A stretch of 28,359 nucleotides of DNA from Planctomycetota bacterium (GTDB taxonomy: Bacteria; Planctomycetota; SZUA-567; H5-PLA8): contig BTVV01000079.1 in NCBI GenBank assembly GCA_045863855.1, positions 1 to 28,359 on the forward strand, read 5' to 3'. The notes beneath the pieces are model-generated. The model saw nothing but the letters and a program-made list of their open reading frames with translations. It was not told the DNA's origin and searched no databases. Positions within the stretch are counted from its first letter, which is position 1. Every line of letters starts with the position of its first letter. Made by a program: the position numbers and the translations under genes. Below are positions 8,813 through 17,612 of the stretch, in pieces.

Positions 8813-8858
8813 CGTTCCTCCCGTTGACGTGCCGCAGCGGCGGGGCACCATCGTCGGG

Positions 8859-10415
8859 ATGCCCGTCACGCTCGTGCACCGCCCGAAAGGCGTCCCCGCC
8901 GAACGCCTGCTCCTGATCGGGGGGTTCGACGCCGAATTGTCCGCGGCGTTACGCAAGACCAACTGGCTGGTGGAAGAACTCCTCGACGGGCGCGAAGCGC
9001 TGGAGAGCGCCTCGCAGCGCGAGTACGGCGTGGTGCTGTGCAGCCTGCGTATGGACGGGACGTGGGGCCTCGACGTGATGGAGGCGGTGCTGCGCGCCGA
9101 TCCGCTGACGCCGGTGGTGATCTCGACGCACGAACGCAATCCGCGGGTGGTGGTGGAGGCGATGCAGCGCGGCGCGTTCGATTACGTCAACGAGCCGTAC
9201 GTCGACTTGCCCGGTGTGCTGCGGGTGCTGGACCGCGCGGTGCAGCGCCGCGTGGCGCTGCGGCAAGGTCGCGAATGGCGCGCGGCGCTGGCCGGAGACG
9301 GCGTGCGCTTCTTCGGGGATCTGGTGGGGCGGAGCGAAGCGTTCCGCGAGTTGTGCGAAAAGGTGCGGCAGGTGGCGCCGAACCGTTCTCCGGTGCTGGT
9401 GGAAGGCGAATCGGGGGTCGGCAAAGAAGGCGTGGCCCGCGCGCTGCACGAAGCCAGCGAACGTCGTTACGGTCCGTTCGTGGCCGTGCATTGCGGGGCG
9501 ATTCCCGAAAGCCTGCTCGAAAGCGAACTTTTCGGGCACGAGAAGGGCGCGTTTACCGGCGCCGACGCCACGCGCGTGGGTGTCTTCGAAGCCGCCAGCG
9601 GCGGCACGCTCTTTCTCGACGAGATCGGGCTCACCAGTCCGGCGTGCCAAGGCAAGCTGCTTCGGGTCCTCGAGAACGGCGTGATCCGTCGCGTCGGCGC
9701 GAGCCGGGAGTTTCAAGTCGACGTGCGGGTCGTCAGCGCCACCAACGAACCGCTCGACGAACTCGTCGCGCAGAAGCGCTTCCGCGCAGACCTGTTTTAC
9801 CGCTTGAACGTGGTGACGCTGAAGGCGCCGCCGCTGCGCGAACGCAAAGAGGATATCGCGCTGCTGGCGTACCACTTCGCGCAGCGCTTCGCCGACGAAT
9901 CGGGCAAACCGTTCGAGGCCATCTCCCCGCCGGCCCTGGAAGCGCTGCAGGCGCACGCGTATCCGGGCAACGTGCGCGAACTTCGCAACCTCGTCGAGCG
10001 GGCGGTCGTCTTCGCGCGCGGGCCGGTCATCCGCACGACGGATCTGCCCGAAGCGCTTCGCACGTCGGCGCCGCGCGAGGCGCCCGGCTCGGAAGCCGAA
10101 CCCGCGCCTTCGGCGGCGTCGCGCGCGCAGCGCGCGCATCTGCTGGGCGCGCGCGGAGCCGGCGGGCTCGACGAGCGCCTCGCCGCGGTGGAGCAGAGCT
10201 TGCTGGAGCAGGCGCTCGCACAGGCCGGCGGGAACCGTTCGCACGCCGCGCGGCTGCTGGATATCCGGCGCACCAATCTGCTGCAGAAGCTCCGGCGCTA
10301 CGGACTCGACGGCGGCAAGCCCCATCGCGCGAAGATCAAGCGCACCAAGCCATCCGGCGCGAAGCTCAAGGCAAAGCCGAAGCCCAAGCCCAACCCGAAG
10401 AAGCGCAAGCGGTAA
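8859..10415 (+). CDS. Sigma54-dependent enhancer-binding protein (NtrC/AtoC architecture) with degenerate receiver domain
   Basis: Walker A GESGVGKE, ESELFGHEKGAFTGA, Walker B LFLDEI, FRADLFYRLNV, YPGNVRELRN, and Fis-type HTH GNRSHAARLLDIRRTNL. Confidence 0.93.
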   Translation: MPVTLVHRPKGVPAERLLLIGGFDAELSAALRKTNWLVEELLDGREALESASQREYGVVLCSLRMDGTWGLDVMEAVLRADPLTPVVISTHERNPRVVVEAMQRGAFDYVNEPYVDLPGVLRVLDRAVQRRVALRQGREWRAALAGDGVRFFGDLVGRSEAFRELCEKVRQVAPNRSPVLVEGESGVGKEGVARALHEASERRYGPFVAVHCGAIPESLLESELFGHEKGAFTGADATRVGVFEAASGGTLFLDEIGLTSPACQGKLLRVLENGVIRRVGASREFQVDVRVVSATNEPLDELVAQKRFRADLFYRLNVVTLKAPPLRERKEDIALLAYHFAQRFADESGKPFEAISPPALEALQAHAYPGNVRELRNLVERAVVFARGPVIRTTDLPEALRTSAPREAPGSEAEPAPSAASRAQRAHLLGARGAGGLDERLAAVEQSLLEQALAQAGGNRSHAARLLDIRRTNLLQKLRRYGLDGGKPHRAKIKRTKPSGAKLKAKPKPKPNPKKRKR

Positions 10416-10436
10416 CTCCCCGGAAAGCCCTCTTAC

Positions 10437-11282
10437 ATGGACGCGTTCCTGCAAGCCTGGATCATACCGCCCGAAACGTCGGCCGAACCTTGGGTGTACA
10501 TCACGACGGCGGTGGTGGCGCTGGCGCTGACGGCGGTAAGCAAAGGCGGTTTCGGCGGCGGCGTGGGGATCGTCTCGGTACCGCTGATGCTGCAAGTCGC
10601 GCCGGCGCATTTCGTGGTGGGGCTCTGGCTGCCCGTGCTGATCTCCTGCGACCTCGCGACGATTCACCACTATCCGAAGCAGTGGAGCCCGCGCGCGGCG
10701 TTTCAGCTCGCGCCGGGCATGCTGCTGGGCATCGCGGGGACGACGGTCCTGCTGAGCTGGGTGGTGACGAATCCCGACTCGCCCGAAACGAAGGCGACGC
10801 AGGCGCTGCACGAAGCCTGGTTAAAGCTGGGCATCGCGGCGGTGGGTTTCGTCTTCGTCGCGCTGCGCTGGGCGCCGCAGGCCAAGGAAGACGCGGAGCC
10901 CTGGAAGCCCAACTGGATCGTATCGTTTCCCATCGGCTTCGTGGCGGGCGTGACGACCACCGTCGCGCATGCGGCGGGGACGATCATCACCATGTTTCTT
11001 TTGCCGCAAAAGCTCGACAAGCGTGTTTTCGTCGGCACCACCGGTCGTTACTTTTTCGCGTTCAACTCGCTGAAGGTTCCGTTCATGCTCGCGATCGGCT
11101 GGATCAATATCGACACGCTTAAGTACGGACTGTGGCTGATGCTCCTCGCGCCGCTGGGGGTCGGGTTCGGTTCGTGGCTGAATCACCGCCTCAGCGCCGC
11201 GCGCTTTACGCAATGGATCTTCATTTTCCTGGTGCTGGCGTGCGGCAAGCTGGTTTACGACGGGGTCCGGGTGATCCGGTAG
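10437..11282 (+). CDS. TauE/SafE (TSUP) family membrane transporter
   Basis: Multiple TM helices, SKGGFGGGVGIVSVPL, AHAAG…LDKRVFVGT…FNSLKVP. Confidence 0.88.
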   Translation: MDAFLQAWIIPPETSAEPWVYITTAVVALALTAVSKGGFGGGVGIVSVPLMLQVAPAHFVVGLWLPVLISCDLATIHHYPKQWSPRAAFQLAPGMLLGIAGTTVLLSWVVTNPDSPETKATQALHEAWLKLGIAAVGFVFVALRWAPQAKEDAEPWKPNWIVSFPIGFVAGVTTTVAHAAGTIITMFLLPQKLDKRVFVGTTGRYFFAFNSLKVPFMLAIGWINIDTLKYGLWLMLLAPLGVGFGSWLNHRLSAARFTQWIFIFLVLACGKLVYDGVRVIR

Positions 11283-11295
11283 CGAAGCGCCCCTA

Positions 11296-11355
11296 TGTCA
11301 ATTATGTGACAGGCACGCCGGACTTCCGTTCGGATAGGGTGTCATATATTTGACA
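11296..11355. promoter_or_regulatory. Two TGTCA-N6-TGACA palindromes, likely upstream activator sites
   Basis: TGTCAattatgTGACA at 11296-11311 and TGTCAtatattTGACA at 11340-11355, 44 bp apart in an AT-rich spacer. Confidence 0.7.
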
Positions 11356-11428
11356 TAATTGTCCGGCAAATTAAAGACAAGCCGTAGCCTGGCAAGAAGT
11401 TACAGGATTTCGTTTCCCGGCATTCTGG

Positions 11429-11444
11429 CGGTATGCGCATTGCT
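11429..11444 (+). promoter_or_regulatory. Sigma54 -24/-12 promoter
   Basis: cGGtatgcgcaTTGCt: GG 11430-11431, N10, GC 11442-11443, about 36 nt before ATG 11480. Confidence 0.62.
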
Positions 11445-11479
11445 GTTGCTGTTCCCTGGTTCCAAACAGGGGATTGCCC

Positions 11480-12730
11480 ATGCCGACCGAATCCGCCACG
11501 TCGCTCGCACCGCTGGCCTTGCACGGCGGGCCGCGCGCCAAGACGACTCCTTATAAGACCGCGCCGCGCTTCGACGACAACGAGCTGCGCGAATTGCAGG
11601 AAGCGCTGGCGCAGGGGACGCTGTTCTACGCGTCCGGCAAAAAGACCAAGGATTTCTGCGCGCGCTTCGCCGCTCGGTACGGCGTGCGCCACGCGATCCC
11701 GTGCAGCAGCGGGACGGCGGCGCTGCATATCGCGCTGGGCGCGTGCGAGATCAAACCCGGCGACGAAGTGATCACCGCTCCGATCACCGACATGGGCACG
11801 CTCTCGGCCATCCTGCTGTGCGGGGCGCTGCCGGTCTTCGCCGATCTCGACCCGCATACGTACACGCTCGATCCGGCCGCGGTGGCGGCGAAGATCGGCC
11901 CGCGCACGGCCGCGATTTTGCCGGTGCATCTCACCGGCGCGCCGTGCGCGATGGATGCTCTGCGGGAGCTGGCCGCGCGGCACGATCTTTGGCTGGTCGA
12001 AGATTGCGCGCAGGCCTATCTGACCGAATACAAGCGCCAGCTTTGCGGGACGCTGGGCGATCTGGGCTGCTTTTCGCTCAACGACTTCAAGCACATCGGC
12101 GCCGGCGACGGGGGCGTGGTGCTCACCAACGACGACGCGCTGGCGGCTCGCGCGCGGCTCTTTTCCGACAAAGCGTACGACCGCAGCGGCGGCGCGCACA
12201 ACCCCGCGTTCATCGCGCCGAACTACCGGCTAACCGAACTCCAGGCGGCGGTGGGACTGGCGCAATTGGCGAAACTCGACGGCATCGTGGCCGCGCGGCG
12301 GCGCTACGGCGAGCGGTTGCAGCGCGGCTTGGAAGGTATCGCGGGGCTGCGGCCGCAGCGCTTCGTCGAAGGCGGGCGCGGGAGCTTCTGGTTCTACATG
12401 CTGCGGGTGGACGAAGCCGTGCTGGGTCCGGCGGTCGCGTTCGTCGAGGCGCTCAAAGCCGAAGGCGTCAACGCGTCGGCGGGGTACATCGACCGCCCGG
12501 TGTACCTGTACGACCTGTTCGTGAACCGGCGCGGCTTCGGCGGGAGCGGCTTCCCGTTCGACCTCGCGCCGCACCTGCGCTACGAGGCCGGGTTGTGCCC
12601 GCGCGCGGAGGCGATCTTGCGCGACGCGGTTCGCGTGACCGTGCGCGAGTCGTTCGATGACGAGGATCTGGAACAGACGCTTTGGGGATTTCGGAAAGTT
12701 GCCGCGTACTTCGCGGCGCAACGGGCGTAA
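11480..12730 (+). CDS. DegT/DnrJ/EryC1/StrS PLP-dependent aminotransferase 1
   Basis: SSGTAALHIAL, PGDEVI, LVEDCAQA, FSLNDFKHIGAGDGG (PLP Lys) and NYRLTELQAAVG. Confidence 0.93.
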   Translation: MPTESATSLAPLALHGGPRAKTTPYKTAPRFDDNELRELQEALAQGTLFYASGKKTKDFCARFAARYGVRHAIPCSSGTAALHIALGACEIKPGDEVITAPITDMGTLSAILLCGALPVFADLDPHTYTLDPAAVAAKIGPRTAAILPVHLTGAPCAMDALRELAARHDLWLVEDCAQAYLTEYKRQLCGTLGDLGCFSLNDFKHIGAGDGGVVLTNDDALAARARLFSDKAYDRSGGAHNPAFIAPNYRLTELQAAVGLAQLAKLDGIVAARRRYGERLQRGLEGIAGLRPQRFVEGGRGSFWFYMLRVDEAVLGPAVAFVEALKAEGVNASAGYIDRPVYLYDLFVNRRGFGGSGFPFDLAPHLRYEAGLCPRAEAILRDAVRVTVRESFDDEDLEQTLWGFRKVAAYFAAQRA

Positions 12731-12747
12731 ACAGGAAAGGGAGACGC

Positions 12748-14028
12748 ATGTCCACCGTGCTCAAACCAAGTCCATCCGCGGAACGTCTGGCCGCACTGGG
12801 CGGCCCCAAGGCCGTCCAGGCTCCGGCGGGCGATCTATTGAGTTGGCCGCAGATCGGGGCCGAAGACGAGGCCGCGGTGCTGGACGTGCTGCGGCGCGGG
12901 GCGATGTCCGGCACCGACGTAACGCTTCAATTCGAGCAGGAGTTCGCGGCATGGCACGGCGTGAAGTTCGCGCTCGCGCATCCCAACGGCACGTCCGCGA
13001 TTCTGGCGGCGCTTTTCGGCTGCGGCGTGGGGCCGGGCGACGAAGTGATCGCGCCGAGTTTCACGTTTTGGGCGAGCTGCACGCAGGCGCTGAGCCTCGG
13101 GGCGAAGATCGTCTTCGCCGAAGCGGAGCCCCATTCGCTTTGCATCGATCCGCGCGACGTCGAGAAGCGCATCACGCCGCGGACGAAGGCGATCGTGGCG
13201 ACGCACTACTGCGCGCACCCGGCCGATATGGATGCGCTGATGGCGCTTGCGCGGCCGCGCGGGATCAAGGTGATCGAGGACGTGAGCCACGCGCACGGCG
13301 CGCTCTATAAAGGAAGGCTTTGCGGCACGCTCGGCGACGCGGCGGGCATGAGCTTGATGAGCGGCAAGTCGCTGATCGCCGGCGAAGCCGGGATGCTGAT
13401 CACCCAAGACCGGAAGATCTTCGAGCGCGCCGTCGCGTTCGGACATTACGAACGCACGCAGGCGAAGAGCAAGTATTTCACGGGCGAGCCGTATTTGACC
13501 GATCCCGAACTGGCGAAGTACGCGGGGATTCCGCTGGGCGGATGCAAACACCGGCTCAACCAGTTGGCTTCGGCGCTGGGGCGCGTGCAGCTCAAGCAAT
13601 ACGCTCGGCGTATGGAGGAGATCCAGCGCGCGATGACGCGCTTCTGGGATCTGATCGAGCGTGAAGTCGAAAGCGGCGTGCGAGGGCACCGTCCCGCTCC
13701 CGGCAGCGGCAGCACCATGGGCGGCTGGTACTATCCGCACGGATTGTACGAACCCGCAAAGATGAACGGCGTGCCGGTGGCGCGTTTCTGCGCTATGGTG
13801 GCGGCCGAAGGCATCGATTGCGGCCCGGGCGCGAATGTGCCGCTGCATTTGCATCCGCTTTTCGCCGATCGCGGCTGCGTGATCGAACCGCTTCCGGTGA
13901 CCGAATCGCTGCCCGGGCGCTGCTTCGGGGTGCCGTGGTTCAAGCACGACCGCGCGGAGCAGATCGAAGCCTACGCGCGCGGCGTGGTGAAGGTGGTCCG
14001 AGCCATTCAAAGCGGCGAGGCGCGCTGA
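12748..14028 (+). CDS. DegT/DnrJ/EryC1/StrS PLP-dependent aminotransferase 2
   Basis: NGTSAILAAL, GPGDEVI, VIEDVSHAHG and SLMSGKSLIAGEAG. RBS GGGAG upstream. Confidence 0.93.
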   Translation: MSTVLKPSPSAERLAALGGPKAVQAPAGDLLSWPQIGAEDEAAVLDVLRRGAMSGTDVTLQFEQEFAAWHGVKFALAHPNGTSAILAALFGCGVGPGDEVIAPSFTFWASCTQALSLGAKIVFAEAEPHSLCIDPRDVEKRITPRTKAIVATHYCAHPADMDALMALARPRGIKVIEDVSHAHGALYKGRLCGTLGDAAGMSLMSGKSLIAGEAGMLITQDRKIFERAVAFGHYERTQAKSKYFTGEPYLTDPELAKYAGIPLGGCKHRLNQLASALGRVQLKQYARRMEEIQRAMTRFWDLIEREVESGVRGHRPAPGSGSTMGGWYYPHGLYEPAKMNGVPVARFCAMVAAEGIDCGPGANVPLHLHPLFADRGCVIEPLPVTESLPGRCFGVPWFKHDRAEQIEAYARGVVKVVRAIQSGEAR

Positions 14029-14030
14029 GC

Positions 14031-14798
14031 ATGGACGCCAAAGCCCGGCCGGAATGGCCGAACGGCGCGGAATGCGCCGTCTCGCTTACCTTCGACGACG
14101 GCATGAAGTCGCACCTCGATTGCGCCATTCCGCTGATGAACCGCTTGGGCTTGCGCGGCACGTTTTACCTGAATACGCCGGGCGATTCCTGGCGCGAACG
14201 TCTGGAACCGTGGAAAGCGGCGGTTCAGGCGGGCCATGAAGCGGGGAACCACACGTGTTCGCATTATTGCGGGCGCGGCGCGCTGGGGCGGGATTTCGGC
14301 CTCGAGAACATCTCCCTGGAGCAGTTGGCGCGGGATATCCTCGAATGCGAGCGTCGGCTGGGTGAAGTGCTTGGGGCGTGCGCGCGCAGCTTCTGTTACC
14401 CCTGCTACGACCATCACGTAGGCGAAGGCGCCGAACGTCAGAGCTACGTGCCGTGGGTGGCGAAGCATTTCGGCTGCGGGCGCGGCAAGTTCAACGGGAC
14501 GCACCATCTCAACCATCCGGCGGTTTGCGACCTGGCGCACGTCGGCTCGCATGCCTGCGAGCGCATGGGCGGGCACGAAATGCTGGGACTGTGCGCACGC
14601 GCCGCGGACCAGGGAGCGTGGACGGTGCTCACGTTTCATGGCATTCTGGAAGGGCACGTCAGCGTGAACGAAGTGGACTTCCGCGAGCTGTGCGAACATT
14701 TGGCGCGGCATCCCAAGCGCTATTGGGTCGCCCCGGTGGTGGAAGTCGCCGCATTCGTGCGCGCCTGGCGCGCACAGACCGTGCATTCGCAATCGTAA
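14031..14798 (+). CDS. Polysaccharide deacetylase (NodB/CE4) family protein
   Basis: SLTFDDG, GHEAGNHTCSH, SFCYP and LTFHG motifs. Confidence 0.9.
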   Translation: MDAKARPEWPNGAECAVSLTFDDGMKSHLDCAIPLMNRLGLRGTFYLNTPGDSWRERLEPWKAAVQAGHEAGNHTCSHYCGRGALGRDFGLENISLEQLARDILECERRLGEVLGACARSFCYPCYDHHVGEGAERQSYVPWVAKHFGCGRGKFNGTHHLNHPAVCDLAHVGSHACERMGGHEMLGLCARAADQGAWTVLTFHGILEGHVSVNEVDFRELCEHLARHPKRYWVAPVVEVAAFVRAWRAQTVHSQS

Positions 14799-14814
14799 TG
14801 GAGTCTCGTTGGAC

Positions 14815-15678
14815 ATGCTCATCGACAGCCATCAGCACACCAACTGGCACGGCAAGGATTGCGCCGCCGTCGTGGCGGACATGGACCGCGCGGGCATCGA
14901 CGTCTCGTGGCTGCTTTCGTGGGAGGTGCCCGAACACGAGTACGATCCCGGGTACTACCACGTCTTCGATCCGCGCGACATCGGGCTGCCGTTCACGCGC
15001 ATCGTGGAGGCCTGTACTCGATTTCCGGGCCGATTCGTCGCCGGATATGCGCCCGATCCGCGCCGGCACGACTGCATCGAGCGGCTCGAAGCGGCCGTGC
15101 GCATGCATGGCGTGAAGGTGTACGGAGAGTTGAAAGTCCGCATTCTGTTCGACGATCCCGACGTGTTGCGGGTCTTTAAGCGCTGCGGCGAGCTTAAATT
15201 ACCGGTCGTTTTTCACATCGATATTCCGGCGCGCGAGCGCCCCAAGCCGCCTGCGCGCGATTACTGGTACTGCGCCGATATCGACCGGCTGGAGACGGCG
15301 CTGAAGGCTTGCCCCGAGACGATATTCGTCGGGCACGCGCCGGGGTTCTGGCGCCACATCAGCGGCGACGGCTACACCGCGCCGGAGGCGTATCCCAAGG
15401 GCGAGGTGACGCCCGGAGGGCGCGTGCAGGCATTGATGCGCCAATACTCGAACCTTTACGCCGACCTCAGCGCCGGATCGGGGCTCACCGCGATCAGCCG
15501 TCCGCCTCAAGGTCAGGGCAGAGCGTTTCTGCTCGAGTTCCAAGACCGCCTTCTTTTCGGGCGCGACTGCTTCGACGACCGGCTCATGGATTGCCTGAAG
15601 ACCCAGGATTTGCCGCGCGAAGCGTTCGATAAAATCACGCACCTCAACGCGCTTCGGCTCGTGCCGCTCGAGCGCTGA
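14815..15678 (+). CDS. Amidohydrolase-superfamily metallo-hydrolase (Amidohydro_2 type)
   Basis: IDSHQH, YGELK, LPVVFH, FVGHAPGFW, NLYADLSAGSG, DRLLFGRD and NALRL. Confidence 0.88.
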   Translation: MLIDSHQHTNWHGKDCAAVVADMDRAGIDVSWLLSWEVPEHEYDPGYYHVFDPRDIGLPFTRIVEACTRFPGRFVAGYAPDPRRHDCIERLEAAVRMHGVKVYGELKVRILFDDPDVLRVFKRCGELKLPVVFHIDIPARERPKPPARDYWYCADIDRLETALKACPETIFVGHAPGFWRHISGDGYTAPEAYPKGEVTPGGRVQALMRQYSNLYADLSAGSGLTAISRPPQGQGRAFLLEFQDRLLFGRDCFDDRLMDCLKTQDLPREAFDKITHLNALRLVPLER

Positions 15679-15692
15679 ACGGAGGCCGCCTT

Positions 15693-16922
15693 ATGCTGCG
15701 CGCGGGCGCCGCAAGCCTGGAGATCACCCCGTTCGTGGGCGGCCCCATGGCCGGCTACGCCGACCGTACCGGCGGGAGCGTAAGCGTGCGCGATCCACTG
15801 CGCGCCGAAGCGCTGGTGCTCGACGGCGGGCGCGGCTCCTGCGCGATCGTCACCGCCGATTTGATCGGGTTCGACGCGAGCACCTCGGCCGCCGTGCGCG
15901 CGGCGGTGCAACGCCGCTGCGGGATTGTTCCCGAACGGGTCATGCTGGCCGGTACGCATACGCATTGGGGTCCGGAGTTGCGGGAGATGCGCCTGGCGCC
16001 GGAAACGCCTCTCCGCGCGGAGCACGAGGCGTACCTGATCATGCTCACCGAGCGCATCGCCGAGGCGGTGCAGCGCGCGTGCGAGCGTCTGCGTCCCGCA
16101 CGCGCCGGCGCCGCATCGATAAGCGCCGCGGGGCTCGCCTTCAATCGCCGCATCGTGACGAACGGTACGTGCGAGATGGCTTTCCGGCTTCCGCCCGAGC
16201 AGCTTGCGCGCGCGACCGGGCCGGTCGATCCGGAGTTGAGCGTGCTGCGCATCGCCGATTCTTCCGGCGGCGAGTCGATCGCGACGCTGCTGAACTTCGG
16301 CTGCCATCCCGTCTGCAGCACCGATCGTCCCGGCGAACTCTCGGCGGATTATCCCGGCCACGCCAAGCGTTTGATCGAGCGTGAACTGGGCGGCGTGGCG
16401 CTTTTCGCGCTGGGTTGCGCCGGCGACGTGGTGCCCGCGCGGCGCGGGGGCGACGCGGCGCTCGAACTGGGCCGCGCCGTCGGCGGCTTGGCCCTGCGCG
16501 CGCTCGCGGGCCTCGAAACCGGCGGGGAACATGCGCTGGACTGTGCGCGGCGCATGCTAGACCTCCCGCTGCGCGACCTGGCTTCGGCGCAGGAGCCCGA
16601 GCGTGTGCGGCGCTTCTTCCCCGAGTGGGCGGGCAAGCGCGAGCGCACCGTGGAACTGCAGGCGTTTCGCCTCGGCCCGTGGCCGATCGTGGCGCTGCCC
16701 GGCGAGATCCTTGCGGCATCGGGGTTGGATCTGAAGCGCCGGCTCGCCGCAAGCCCGGCCTTCACGCTCACGATGGCGAACACCTCGGCCGGCTATTTTC
16801 CGCGGCGCGAAAGCTTTAGCGAAGGGGGCTACGAACCGACGGTAAGCTGCTTCGAGCCCGGCAGCGCGGAGCGTCTGATCGACGAAGCGGGGGCGCTGGC
16901 GGGCGAACTAGGGGCCGAATAG
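15693..16922 (+). CDS. Neutral/alkaline ceramidase-like metallo-amidase
   Basis: ITP..GGPMAGY, DPLRAEAL, THTHWGP, NRR, NFGCHP, SADYPG, GCAGD, LPGE and GGYE. Confidence 0.85.
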   Translation: MLRAGAASLEITPFVGGPMAGYADRTGGSVSVRDPLRAEALVLDGGRGSCAIVTADLIGFDASTSAAVRAAVQRRCGIVPERVMLAGTHTHWGPELREMRLAPETPLRAEHEAYLIMLTERIAEAVQRACERLRPARAGAASISAAGLAFNRRIVTNGTCEMAFRLPPEQLARATGPVDPELSVLRIADSSGGESIATLLNFGCHPVCSTDRPGELSADYPGHAKRLIERELGGVALFALGCAGDVVPARRGGDAALELGRAVGGLALRALAGLETGGEHALDCARRMLDLPLRDLASAQEPERVRRFFPEWAGKRERTVELQAFRLGPWPIVALPGEILAASGLDLKRRLAASPAFTLTMANTSAGYFPRRESFSEGGYEPTVSCFEPGSAERLIDEAGALAGELGAE

Positions 16923-17597
16923 CAGGACCAAACCCGAGACGAATGCGCCCAGCAGAAGCACGGCGAGCAGCAGGGAGCGCAGCGAGAAACGGAAAAAGTC
17001 TGGCTCTGGCGGTGTGAGTAAGCGGCGATTGCCCCGAACGGCAACCCATTCGAAAGCGATCAGCGCACCCGCCAGACTTCCGCACAGGCCCAGCAAAATC
17101 TGAATCCAGATCATGGAACCGCCGGTTGGATAGCCCTGACTTCGCCGGCTCATGTACAATAAAGCAATTCCAGCCACCGAGATCGCTCCCGGTCCCACCC
17201 ATCCGATTCGCTTTCGCGCTCCCATGCCGCCTCGCAGGTCGATCCAGATCAAGGCAGGCACGGTGTATGGCAGGGCGAGAAGGGCCATCGCGTAAGTAAG
17301 TACGCCCTCGCCGCGCTGAGGGTGCGATCCGATCGCTTGCCTATAAGCTTCCCTTCCCACACAGGCGCCGATTAGCGCCAAGGAGCCGAGCAAAAGGTAA
17401 GCGGTTCTAGCAAATTCGGTCAGATAAAGAGCGCGAAGTTGCGGGCTCTCCCAAACATAGTCGAGCACCTGAGCGTATAGGAATCCTGCGGCTACTTGCG
17501 AAAGGATGACGCCACCAAGCATTGCGCGCACACCCAACCGCGTGCAATCGGCCGCCGTGTATCGAGGCTCGACGGCAACGGGCGCCTCCGGCTCCAT
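16908..17597 (-). CDS. Hypothetical integral membrane protein
   Basis: About 6 hydrophobic segments and a C-terminal FRFSLRSLLLAVLLLG. Less GC3-biased than its neighbours. Follows tolC on the same strand. Confidence 0.7.
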   Translation of the reverse strand: MEPEAPVAVEPRYTAADCTRLGVRAMLGGVILSQVAAGFLYAQVLDYVWESPQLRALYLTEFARTAYLLLGSLALIGACVGREAYRQAIGSHPQRGEGVLTYAMALLALPYTVPALIWIDLRGGMGARKRIGWVGPGAISVAGIALLYMSRRSQGYPTGGSMIWIQILLGLCGSLAGALIAFEWVAVRGNRRLLTPPEPDFFRFSLRSLLLAVLLLGAFVSGLVLLFGP

Positions 17598-17612
17598 GCG
17601 CCTGCCGCTCCG

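Noticed and set aside
11389..11404. Alternative sigma54 promoter TGGCAAGAAGTTAC
   Set aside because: No GC at the -12 position; the 11430-11443 element fits the GG-N10-GC spacing.
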